DNA of 50,123 nucleotides from an uncultured Rhizobiaceae bacterium (GTDB taxonomy: Bacteria; Pseudomonadota; Alphaproteobacteria; Rickettsiales; UBA1997). This document shows, piece after piece, positions 20,601 to 29,726 of the stretch. The stretch lies in the NCBI GenBank assembly GCA_964484785.1, contig CAZAFD010000002.1, positions 1 to 50,123 on the forward strand. The letters are read 5' to 3'. Numbering within the stretch: the stretch's first letter is position 1; each line of letters starts with the position of its first letter. The position numbers and the translations under genes are program-made. The notes under the pieces were generated by a model. It saw only the letters and a list, made by a program, of their open reading frames with translations, ran no database searches and was not told the DNA's origin.

Positions 20601-23600
20601 TGTTGTAAAGTATTATAATTGTATGTACCAACTTGATCTAAAACTTCTGTAATACCAGATTTGCTAAAGTTCTTTTGATAACTATTGTTACCACATGTCT
20701 TCATTAAACAATCAGATGGGTGAACATGGTGCCCATAATTATTATATAGTGTGCTAGCGTTCGCATCAGCATCAGTTATAATACTAAAGGTTGGAGCACC
20801 ACCTGAACCAAGCGTACACTTATAACCAACTGTGCTTTTAGCATCTGACGTATAGAACAATGTATTATCACATTGAACAGAATCAACATAGTATCTACCA
20901 TATTCTTTCGTACCAATATTCATTGTCTCACTATTACTTGTAATATCAGCAAGACCACTTTCCTTAACATACATAGGCAGAGCCAGTCTCTTAATCTTTA
21001 GTCTATTAAATAATTGAGATAACTCTGTATTATTCTGGAAAACGTTTTCATTGGTACAGGTCTTTGGAATAAAGTAGTTTCCTATATCATAATCAATTGC
21101 ATTAAAGTTCCAGAAGTCAACTTTAGGTTTATTAATACTTCTACTTAAGTTACATACAAACTGCTCTTTAGCCTTTTCAAAAGTAGTAGCTTTAGCTTGT
21201 GAATCAGCTATATTTTGTAATGTCACATTAAACTCGCTGCCGGAGTAATCAGTAATATCTGATTTATTACCAGCACTTAGATAAGAAAAGCCTAAAATTG
21301 AACCTGCATTTTTAACCATTATTCTATTTAGATCAGTATTTAAGTTTAGTGCTAAATTATATGCATTAGACTTATCTTTATTGTATATTGTTATTAAACT
21401 TTTTAGGTCCTCTAGTCTAAAGTAGAGATCACCACAGGTTCTAAATAATACACACCTAGTATCGCCTTGTACAGGACCCCAAGTACCATCTTCGTAACAC
21501 CTTCTCTTTGGAGGGTTTTTAGTTTTTTTATTGATTACATACTGGTATACCTCTGTCTCAGATCCCTTTACAGGATATGTGGCATCACATTCTCCTTCTA
21601 CTTCGTAATACCTTAAACCTTTCTTAGGTCCAGTTGTTTCTAAAGTTAAACTATTTTCATTAACAATAGATCTTGGCCACCTAGCACCACCAAGTCTATA
21701 GTCACCATATAAGAAGCCGCTTGTTTCCTTATTGGCAATAATAACTGATTCCTTATCAGTAGAAGAATAATCATGGAATCTATCATAATCAGGTGTACTT
21801 CTAATAGTACTTATATCTTGGTTACTAATATAATCACCATCGTTAATTTTGCGTTTAAAATTGGTATGATATAAGTCCATCATCTCACAGGCTCTAAAGC
21901 ATGGATTATTTACTCCGCTCCATATACCGGCACTATTACATGTTCTACTTGGTTTTTCAGCATCAGCTGATGCTACTTCATCTATCAACCCAAACATACG
22001 CGGATCGGTTACGCTTGAAGTAAATTGTAACTGACTATGCTGATCTATAAATGTGTCTAAGAAGTAGGTACCTCGACTATAATAACCTAAATCTGCAGCA
22101 CATTCGCCCTGAACTTTCTTCAAATAACTTGTACTTGAATCTATACTTTGATCTTCTTGGGACTTTATATCAAAAATTCTTATTATAGAAGCACTTGTAT
22201 AATCATTTACATCATAAATAACTTTAGAACTATCATTCCTTGGTGCTGAAATAGCTTCCCAGCGAGCTCCTCCTGTATGTCTCCAAGGTGTATACTTGTT
22301 AATTATTTTTGGATCGGAGGTTATATAATACTTGCCATGTCTTGTGGTACCACTAGGTAAAGTCTCATCAATAGATGGTTTGGTTTCTGATACATAAATA
22401 CTATACTGCATCTTATCATCATATGTATCAAAAGAATCCTCAAAGTTTATACGTGGACAATATAAACGTTCACAATATAAATTCTTTTCTACAGCAGGTT
22501 CAAACACTTCACGAACATTATCTTGTAAGAAGCCAGTATCTTTATCAACTATAAAGTTTAGATTTAAGAAACCATTACCATTATTAGCACCCGTTACAGC
22601 ATTCTGCCAAACCGGATGTTCTCTAAAGTAGTGTAGAGCAGTATTAGTTATAGCATTATGATAAATATCTCTCACAACCAACCATTCTCCTCTTGGACCA
22701 CAGTATCTCCTAGGTAGATAAGCATTCAACTGTAAACCAGTAATATTTAAACCATTAGTTAGGAGTTCTTCATTAAATATTCTAACTTGTTCCTTGAGCA
22801 ACTTAACAAATTTATTTTGTTCTACTCTAGTACCAGCCAAGTATTCGTAATTAACATCAACATCAGCAGAATTACTATCTGTAAATATATATGGTATATA
22901 TCTTTCTTTGTAGTAATTTGTACCAGCTGGCGCAAAACCAGTAATACATTGTTTAGCTACAGCTGGTTGCGCTATATCTTTACTTTCTATACTAGACCAT
23001 ACAGCAAAACCATGTGAATTACCTCTTAAATCTACAGATTGTCCATCTATTTCTTCATTATGTGAGAAGGATTTAAAATCAGTAGGAGCAACTGTAGATG
23101 TAAAATTACTTATTTCGGCAGCATCAAAGTTATATATTTCACTTTCATCACCAGAATCTATAAATACATCAGGACAAGCATACCTCTCACAAACCTGAGA
23201 ATTTTCTAATAATTCATATTGATAGACATATTTATTTCCGATCTTCTTCTTCACACATTTAGCACGAGGAGTACCATGATCTGAATTTCTCCAAAAACCA
23301 TTACACGTACCCTCAACAACATCTTGAGCACCTATACACTTACTAATATTGTCTCCACAGTATAAAGAAGATTCAAATTCTGCATGGCCCAAGCTTAATT
23401 GAGTCTTATCACTTCTGCTAGCAGAATTCATCACACCAAATATTTTTTCTTCACTTCTCCATATATTTTGTTCATAAGGATTATTAGTACCTCTAAGACT
23501 ATTTAACTCTTCTTCGGTGGTAAAGTATAACTGTTCATTAGGGTCAATATACTTATGATTATGGCCATAATACTTGACTGCACGACATGTAGGAATTTCT

Positions 23601-26600
23601 GGGATACTTACACATAGACCTAATTCTCTACGTTCCGCATCACGTGATTCAAAATATTTATTAAAGAGGCTAGCATTATCTTTACGAGCATTTCTTATAC
23701 CAGTAGTATCATCATAGCAAGAACAAGAATAATTCATCCTATCGTCAGAAAAGACAGTATTATTTTTATTGAATCCGCCTTTATAGCATAACTGCATCTT
23801 TTTAATATATTCCTCATTCTTAATAACTTCCAAAGTAGGTTTGTTACGAATCTCATTAAAAAATGTTGAACAGTTAACTTCTTTTACAAAAAGCGTTTCA
23901 GCGGTACCAAGACTTGCTACCTTTTTACAGCCTATTTCGTTAATATCATCACAGTATGCATAAACAATGTCATCCACTAAACAATCAATATTAGAACGAC
24001 TTATATCATCGAGTACACACTTACCCTTGGCTCCTTGCTTAGTAACATAAGCTAAAACCTCTGGTATATTATCACCCAACTCACGATTTTTAGCCTTCAT
24101 TGCATCAAAATGCTCTTCTGATATACAAATATCATTGAATGCTCCAAAGGCACCAGGATTCTGTCTAGTTGTATGAATATTTTCTACATAGCCATTGTTA
24201 ATATCCTCATACTTTGCAAATTCTATCAAATCACCATCTAAGTGTTCACAATAAGAGAAAACTGTTTCTGTTATACTGTCATTTTGTCTTTGTAAATTTG
24301 CTATCAAGGATAAATCTTGATTTGCTTTAGACTTTATTTTTTCCCTAGCAATTTTATCTAAATTTTGGTAATATTCCACAACTCGTTTAGAGCAATAACT
24401 TCTATCAAATTTTAAAGAGAAGTGTTGGATGCCGTTTCTACCTGTTTCGTTAATATATATACTATCACTAACCTTATCTCGTAGCTGATATGAAGCATCT
24501 GAAAATTTGCTTAAAATTGAATTATTACTTAAACCTTGTCTATCTACAATTGCCGCTTGGACAACTGGGGTATTAAAGTGGAACTTTTCACTATCAATTC
24601 GCAAGAAAATATTACGGAACGGAGGATAATATCTATCATAACACATTATATTATCTTCTAAAGTAATATAATGTTTACCATTCATTTCTAAAGTATATTG
24701 TTCAAAGGTCTGAGGGACTTCTTGAATTCTGTCTATACAAACAGTAGGAAGCTCTAGATTTCTAATATCCGTATAAGAATCTTTCCTTAAAAGGATATCA
24801 AAAACTTCTAATTTTTTAAATTCTGCTGCTAAATTCTGCCCTTCATATTTATATTCATAAAATGACTTATCGGAATTATTTGAAATAGCAGCTAACTGTG
24901 CCTCATTACTACCCGAATATGCATTTATATATCTACTATCAATAGTTTTGTATTCATAATTGAAATGCATCTTAGGATTAAAGAAATCAAGGATTACTTC
25001 TTGATTGTTATAAGGTATCTTCAATTGATTATTCTTATAACTGTAAAAAGCTGACAGATAGAATAATGGGCTAAATAAATCAATTGAGTTGTTTTGGTTA
25101 GCTAATGTAAAAAAGGCTTGTGGACTTGTTTCGAGTCTAATAGGCACACATTGCGTCTCTTTATAAAATATTTTAGAAACAGGATCATAAATACCTCTAC
25201 AATACTCTATATTTCCTATAGGATTACCATATGAGTCTAATCTACAGTTAATATCACTGCTACTATTTAAATTTCCCACATATGGAACAGTCGCAATCTT
25301 TATATAATTTGCCTTTTCATAATCCTCGTAATCATTTTTAATTCTGTTATCCTGTATATAACAACCACAACTATTGTTCTCAACCGTATAAAAAGTATCA
25401 TCTTTGTGATCTAAAAAAGCAGAAGTAGAGTTATAGGAACCCTCTATTGTTTCACCGTCATAATCAATAAAATATGTCGAATTTTTCTTTAAACAGTCTA
25501 GTTTGTCCTGAGTAATAGATTTATAATCAATCTTTAAACCTCCTTGTGAAACATTTACTATACCAAGTAGCCCACACGAGCTTAATAAATCTCGACTTTT
25601 TGAATTTTGTAAGCTTCCAGATGTTTTAGATCTGACATCGCTTAAAAAATTATCTTTTCTGTTATAAAAGGCATAATCAGTGTTATTATTATCATGTATA
25701 TTAAGTTCTGTTATAATACCTTTTTTATCATTTCCATAATCTCTTACGGTATTAGTATCGTTTCTAACATTTATATTATACTCTGAAAAGTCCTTTTTTT
25801 CACTATAAACACAAGGACTGCTAGGTTTATCATAAGACGGACGACTATAAGTAGTAAGTGGACTACCCAATAGAGCGCTATACGTTTCATAGGCAGCAAG
25901 AGCGGCGGTTGCTACTATTAAAGCAGCCAAGGCACCACCAGCAGTGAAAAAACAAGCAATAGTTGCAGCAGCCACAGCAGCTATCAATACAGCATGTGTT
26001 GTTATTAAGTAAGCTTTAGCTGTACCAACTTCTCCTTCTAGGGCTTTTCTACAAGCAGTTTTAAGAAAGAATTCAGCAGCAAATCTCTTGTCACAATAAG
26101 TATCTAATACTTCTGGAAAAGTATAATTTTCTTTATTTTCAAAGGAACATAAACTACTTTCCTTAGATAAAAATGTACAAACACGTCTTCCAACTCTTTC
26201 AACTTCATACCTAAAACCAAGGTTTGGTGACATTTTATAAGATTCAAAATTAGCGAAGTTAATACCAACTGCCTGGGCATTATCTTTTGTTCCAGGTTGC
26301 AATTTTGTTGGTAGACAATAGTCACCAATATCGCCATGTTCAGCAGCACCACACTGATTACTTTTGCCAAATCTTGTACATACAGATATATCTACAGTGG
26401 CATCTTTAGGTTTTATATTACTATTAGTATCTGTCTTGGCGTAGCTTTGACCTATTTTACTAATATAAGCCGTATTGCTGTCTGGAGTAAAACAGCCTTC
26501 ATCCTTCTCGTTAACGCCACACAAAGGTGTCATTATATCAAATCGACCTCTTCCTACATTACTAATTTTTCCATTATTTAATGCTGGTAGATATTGACTA

Positions 26601-29434
26601 TTAAATGTAGGTGATGGTTCACTCACCATTGGTGTTTCTATTTGGTATACCTCTGCATTACAATATTTTATATTACTTTTGATGGTATCATATAGAGGGG
26701 ATGTTTCTTTTACTAAAGCCTTAATATCTTCATTATAGTACAAACCACAGTCATAATATGAAGGATCAGTTTCGCTCGCAAAACCTAAACCATTATTGTA
26801 AACCTGGCAATTATTTTCAAAGTACTTACTTAGTAATATCTCTGGACATTCATTTTCTTGAGATGTGCACTGTCTGAGCAAGCTATTGCTGTCCGACGGA
26901 CCATTTATTATTTCTGATTCACTGCAGATCGTATCAATTATATATTTTTTATGATTAGACTGACATAATTTAACACTTAAAATTAATTGTTGTTTTTGGT
27001 CACAATAGGCTGGATCATAACTACAATTTTTTCCTTCTGAATCACAGTTTGCACTACAACCAGGATTATCTTTAGCAAAATTTTGTATAAATTCTTTAAT
27101 TTCTCCACTAACATGTGCTGTATCCACCTGTGAGCATTCGGAACTAAGCGCCTTACCAAGCTTTGCAGATCTAACATTAGGTAGGTTGTTGTGCCCACAA
27201 ATAGCAGTAAAAATATTGGAAATATCAACATCTCCCAACATACTACCATTATATTCACTGTTAGGATTTTGATTTAAACCTAATTCCTTATTTTTTTCAC
27301 CCTTGGTCTTTTCATCTAGGCTTCCTATACTAGCAGGAATTTTTAAAGGTACTTCTGCATTTAAATAAAGAGTAAAATTATCAACATATTTACAAACATT
27401 ATGTGCAAAACCCTTGTTAGAAATATATTTGTTTTGATGGTTATCATCGCAGACATTTTCAAAATATTGAGAATTGCTATCACCACCACTAGATCCGCTA
27501 TTTTCGTTAATTGTGGTTTTTACATTACACAAAAAACTTTTATCTGTCCCTATATTTCTATAAATAGGTGTAATTTGCTTACGGCAAACTGCCCTGGATG
27601 TCCAAGAATCATATGAATTAAACCATAGAGACTTTGCGTCTGTCTGAATATTGCTGCTAACAGAGGATTTTAATTCAGTGCATGGAACTGTATTAAGATT
27701 AATATGATTTAAACCCCTGATATAGAAAACTTTATTTTCACAATATTTAGGCAAATTCAAATCTGTCTGGATTATGCTATCCAAACCATTTTTCCCAGTA
27801 TAACCAGAAGTAGCTTTAGCAAAATCTAAAATCTTTTGGGTAGCAACAGCCTCACGTTCTTTCTCGCTTAAAGAAAAACATGTTTTTAAATAACAATTAT
27901 CCTTTTTTGGACTAAGACCTGAAGTAAAGATCAAACTACCATTGTTTAAATCAGAACAGTAAATAGGAAACTCTTTTGGAAAATACTTAAGTTTAGCATC
28001 ATTAGATAACCATCTATATTCGCTGCAACGCTTTATCTTACTACCGCCCTCATTGGATATGGCTCGTAACTCTTCTGAAGTTAGGTCAGCGCAACTCTTA
28101 AGAAAACAGTTTGGTATTTTAAGTGTTACGTTGGAAACACTTACATTTTTTGTACTAAAAGTATTATATTTAAAATTACCCGAAGCATCTAAATCTGAAC
28201 AATAGGAAACGTCAGCAGAAGATTCTTGGTTAGGTTCATCATAATATAAACAATTCGCAGTATTACCATTATTACTTAAATACTGTAAATATGCTTCATC
28301 AAAGTCTTTTATATTGCTTGTTTTACTTTTATAGTAGTTAGCTCTATTGTTGTTTCTTGTATTTGTATTGCTAATTAATGGACGTCTGTTTACTAAAGGA
28401 ATCTCCTTGCAAGGCGGCAAATACTTATCGCAAGTAGCTCTTTGAATATTTTTAATGTAGTAATCTACTCGAACAACATTGTTACCACTAGAAGTTTTTT
28501 CAGTATATTTATATTTAAAGTATGCATTATTAGTTAGTATATTAATACGTTCACCATCAACCAAGACACTTTTACAATCATTAAGTGCACAAGAACCCTT
28601 ATACTGGAAAAAAGCAACATTTGATGGTAAATCACTCTTTATTATTCTTCTAAAATTTTCATCATTCACACCTGATGACTGTTCTGTAACTATATTAACA
28701 CCCGATGAGTCGCTACTACCAACTTTTAAGTCACATGTATATCTTTTTAGTCTACAGTTACGACTAGAATCGTAGACAGCATCTTCCTCTGCATAACGTA
28801 TGTCCTTATAATATATTACAAAGGAATGTTTTTTATTATCTTCATTATATATGGTGTAATCCTCATCATCCACTGCATAAAATTTAGTATTAATAGTATT
28901 ATATTCTTTATACCTATTACATATATGCTGTTCTGGATAACAAGTAGGCTTATTTAAGTTTGGAATAAAGGAGGAATTATTGTTTTCTCCGGAAACAAAG
29001 CTGTCCCAAGAAGAACAGTTCTTAACATCCCTCTTTGTACAAGATCCATGAGAAATTATCCTATCGGATTCACAAACAATTACCTTCGAGTCACTAAAAC
29101 CGCATGAATAAAGCTCACTCCACTTGCTGTCTAGTGTCTTTAATTTTTTTGTTGTTAGAATTTTAAATAAGGCATAATCATTTGAATTCTCATTATTTTT
29201 ATTTTTTAGAGAGATAAAATTATAATAATTCTTACTTAAATTCTCGGTAGTTTTGCTTCCGTATAATTCTTCAGTCAGATTAATTGTGCAATCAGCGTAA
29301 TCAGCCTTTGCTCTTTTTTGAAAAAATAGAAGACAAAATAAAGTAGATAAAAGTAGTACAGAGATAATACGTCTCTTAGAAGAAATCTCTTCTTCAAGCT
29401 TTATAAAAGTATATTCATTATTACTCATGATCAT
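17690..29434 (-). CDS. Giant (3,914 aa) cysteine-rich modular envelope/secreted protein of unknown family
   Basis: An uninterrupted 11,745-nt ORF in AT-rich DNA cannot arise by chance. It has an N-terminal signal/anchor (KRRIISVLLLSTLFCLLFFQKRAKA|DY), an internal 50-aa hydrophobic hairpin (aa ~1141-1190) and recurring Cys-containing modules. It is rich in Asn, Ser, Tyr and Cys. I recognise no known adhesin, toxin or autotransporter signature. Confidence 0.9.
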   Translation of the reverse strand: MIMSNNEYTFIKLEEEISSKRRIISVLLLSTLFCLLFFQKRAKADYADCTINLTEELYGSKTTENLSKNYYNFISLKNKNNENSNDYALFKILTTKKLKTLDSKWSELYSCGFSDSKVIVCESDRIISHGSCTKRDVKNCSSWDSFVSGENNNSSFIPNLNKPTCYPEQHICNRYKEYNTINTKFYAVDDEDYTIYNEDNKKHSFVIYYKDIRYAEEDAVYDSSRNCRLKRYTCDLKVGSSDSSGVNIVTEQSSGVNDENFRRIIKSDLPSNVAFFQYKGSCALNDCKSVLVDGERINILTNNAYFKYKYTEKTSSGNNVVRVDYYIKNIQRATCDKYLPPCKEIPLVNRRPLISNTNTRNNNRANYYKSKTSNIKDFDEAYLQYLSNNGNTANCLYYDEPNQESSADVSYCSDLDASGNFKYNTFSTKNVSVSNVTLKIPNCFLKSCADLTSEELRAISNEGGSKIKRCSEYRWLSNDAKLKYFPKEFPIYCSDLNNGSLIFTSGLSPKKDNCYLKTCFSLSEKEREAVATQKILDFAKATSGYTGKNGLDSIIQTDLNLPKYCENKVFYIRGLNHINLNTVPCTELKSSVSSNIQTDAKSLWFNSYDSWTSRAVCRKQITPIYRNIGTDKSFLCNVKTTINENSGSSGGDSNSQYFENVCDDNHQNKYISNKGFAHNVCKYVDNFTLYLNAEVPLKIPASIGSLDEKTKGEKNKELGLNQNPNSEYNGSMLGDVDISNIFTAICGHNNLPNVRSAKLGKALSSECSQVDTAHVSGEIKEFIQNFAKDNPGCSANCDSEGKNCSYDPAYCDQKQQLILSVKLCQSNHKKYIIDTICSESEIINGPSDSNSLLRQCTSQENECPEILLSKYFENNCQVYNNGLGFASETDPSYYDCGLYYNEDIKALVKETSPLYDTIKSNIKYCNAEVYQIETPMVSEPSPTFNSQYLPALNNGKISNVGRGRFDIMTPLCGVNEKDEGCFTPDSNTAYISKIGQSYAKTDTNSNIKPKDATVDISVCTRFGKSNQCGAAEHGDIGDYCLPTKLQPGTKDNAQAVGINFANFESYKMSPNLGFRYEVERVGRRVCTFLSKESSLCSFENKENYTFPEVLDTYCDKRFAAEFFLKTACRKALEGEVGTAKAYLITTHAVLIAAVAAATIACFFTAGGALAALIVATAALAAYETYSALLGSPLTTYSRPSYDKPSSPCVYSEKKDFSEYNINVRNDTNTVRDYGNDKKGIITELNIHDNNNTDYAFYNRKDNFLSDVRSKTSGSLQNSKSRDLLSSCGLLGIVNVSQGGLKIDYKSITQDKLDCLKKNSTYFIDYDGETIEGSYNSTSAFLDHKDDTFYTVENNSCGCYIQDNRIKNDYEDYEKANYIKIATVPYVGNLNSSSDINCRLDSYGNPIGNIEYCRGIYDPVSKIFYKETQCVPIRLETSPQAFFTLANQNNSIDLFSPLFYLSAFYSYKNNQLKIPYNNQEVILDFFNPKMHFNYEYKTIDSRYINAYSGSNEAQLAAISNNSDKSFYEYKYEGQNLAAEFKKLEVFDILLRKDSYTDIRNLELPTVCIDRIQEVPQTFEQYTLEMNGKHYITLEDNIMCYDRYYPPFRNIFLRIDSEKFHFNTPVVQAAIVDRQGLSNNSILSKFSDASYQLRDKVSDSIYINETGRNGIQHFSLKFDRSYCSKRVVEYYQNLDKIAREKIKSKANQDLSLIANLQRQNDSITETVFSYCEHLDGDLIEFAKYEDINNGYVENIHTTRQNPGAFGAFNDICISEEHFDAMKAKNRELGDNIPEVLAYVTKQGAKGKCVLDDISRSNIDCLVDDIVYAYCDDINEIGCKKVASLGTAETLFVKEVNCSTFFNEIRNKPTLEVIKNEEYIKKMQLCYKGGFNKNNTVFSDDRMNYSCSCYDDTTGIRNARKDNASLFNKYFESRDAERRELGLCVSIPEIPTCRAVKYYGHNHKYIDPNEQLYFTTEEELNSLRGTNNPYEQNIWRSEEKIFGVMNSASRSDKTQLSLGHAEFESSLYCGDNISKCIGAQDVVEGTCNGFWRNSDHGTPRAKCVKKKIGNKYVYQYELLENSQVCERYACPDVFIDSGDESEIYNFDAAEISNFTSTVAPTDFKSFSHNEEIDGQSVDLRGNSHGFAVWSSIESKDIAQPAVAKQCITGFAPAGTNYYKERYIPYIFTDSNSADVDVNYEYLAGTRVEQNKFVKLLKEQVRIFNEELLTNGLNITGLQLNAYLPRRYCGPRGEWLVVRDIYHNAITNTALHYFREHPVWQNAVTGANNGNGFLNLNFIVDKDTGFLQDNVREVFEPAVEKNLYCERLYCPRINFEDSFDTYDDKMQYSIYVSETKPSIDETLPSGTTRHGKYYITSDPKIINKYTPWRHTGGARWEAISAPRNDSSKVIYDVNDYTSASIIRIFDIKSQEDQSIDSSTSYLKKVQGECAADLGYYSRGTYFLDTFIDQHSQLQFTSSVTDPRMFGLIDEVASADAEKPSRTCNSAGIWSGVNNPCFRACEMMDLYHTNFKRKINDGDYISNQDISTIRSTPDYDRFHDYSSTDKESVIIANKETSGFLYGDYRLGGARWPRSIVNENSLTLETTGPKKGLRYYEVEGECDATYPVKGSETEVYQYVINKKTKNPPKRRCYEDGTWGPVQGDTRCVLFRTCGDLYFRLEDLKSLITIYNKDKSNAYNLALNLNTDLNRIMVKNAGSILGFSYLSAGNKSDITDYSGSEFNVTLQNIADSQAKATTFEKAKEQFVCNLSRSINKPKVDFWNFNAIDYDIGNYFIPKTCTNENVFQNNTELSQLFNRLKIKRLALPMYVKESGLADITSNSETMNIGTKEYGRYYVDSVQCDNTLFYTSDAKSTVGYKCTLGSGGAPTFSIITDADANASTLYNNYGHHVHPSDCLMKTCGNNSYQKNFSKSGITEVLDQVGTYNYNTLQQKYKSASAINFSYSEFSCPSGYALVLPADELNRLRNVKTVSGASVLVGYDSGSKNYLDHGFVQKIRADCRVNQSTNKINNTSTSDRSIEYYGALDQSQFPTKLCTDLERKSCVSVSEQTVANDSSFSTNYCVYMGCTAGTYNIKNNVGQNVSSLNSVYINKYPFDKIVIFESSSGDFLQKAGMTDNGYVIQQNNLCNSASSNSDASSDIYSTGTSTPDSFEDYFYSNSQYSVCDSYISRLVASPYVKFDTPLAIWATSFNSARSITLTSAEKTNLQTEVKKHLVDVVLDSQVVKDEVEASVQEDLQVEVLKYIKTQVNKSVYDSDIEVVCTKGAGIDYKSEGYTAYSCKYTIPDKVIPEPIEPEPSEPQPEEDADDADVSQDFVEDQQVPVEPIEEIPTIMLVEDSFVCDPIITCNNQEEIEGAPVLSTDIGANQTNNDNTGESLGTELSGLNGEHDEENQPSEGGENVEEPIQPKECPEENKVTDLCHKAYFVTEADLAAFKQQKAEELRQAKMAVIEAQISGNNTILIQRLKAADFRLAESSSYDYNSIIQYYEKLWRANKFYQNNKTNYVNFINNKYYSYSTSGLMSGLKSKPSSVGGVSMEFLAADSQGYSPLPSSTANGFLYVCAGIQSPDINSDTSVVVSENNSICLKVNLSDKIPDLLRLSEVCTKVKEVNNSAEDTNREIQSCKSAKLVDTSIEPIIEYLYSYVDKIYMTIQDKVASATNYSAMYQKCMVDLPGGYRTYLANAGTSVTGYNTALQQTPREGFYMAVQCNTKGFWEAVTESKCVRRCSGTATVRVDPYGWGTWNLTFNVSGLRYREKFNRYRFYAHSQLCFVWLDGDGGEVKSGYISGNCGNNGSISLSTDVWDVGDHFGKPNKGCGTRIDCSGVGSEDFRYGGLAWEDNHKPAVMLCQGPGGYTYADSSTSATAVGFSGAPYLKIKTTVKSTESKQKQTAYRQGPYIYFSYD

Positions 29435-29494
29435 ATTCTTTTATTTTTACTAAATAGTCTTCTACTTGCGCCCTAGTTTTTAACTAGGATTCAA

Positions 29495-29680
29495 TTAAAT
29501 ATCTTTCCACCTAATAGGTTTTTTATCTTCATCTAGGATAATATCATTGGATTTTAGATATTTAGCAGATAAGTATTTTTTATTCTCACCCACAAACATA
29601 ACAGGCTCTACCTCTTTATCCTTGTATATTTTCTTGTTTAGGTTTTCACCTCTGTTCTTCGGGTTATTTTTACTTCCCAT
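29495..29680 (-). CDS. Small basic hypothetical protein
   Basis: 61-aa ORF (MGSKNNPKNRGENLNKK...KPIRWKDI) filling the gap between pgk and the giant gene on the same strand. No recognisable motif. Its coding status rests only on position and strand. Confidence 0.4.
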   Translation of the reverse strand: MGSKNNPKNRGENLNKKIYKDKEVEPVMFVGENKKYLSAKYLKSNDIILDEDKKPIRWKDI

Positions 29681-29726
29681 TTGTTTTTCAACTTAGTTTA
29701 TAAAATAATAACTCTTATAGGCTATA

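Noticed and set aside
18166-28775. Multiple 66-98-aa ORFs on both strands within the giant gene
   Set aside because: All are embedded in, or antisense to, the 11.7-kb frame, have no motifs and have odd composition. The long frame is the only statistically credible reading.
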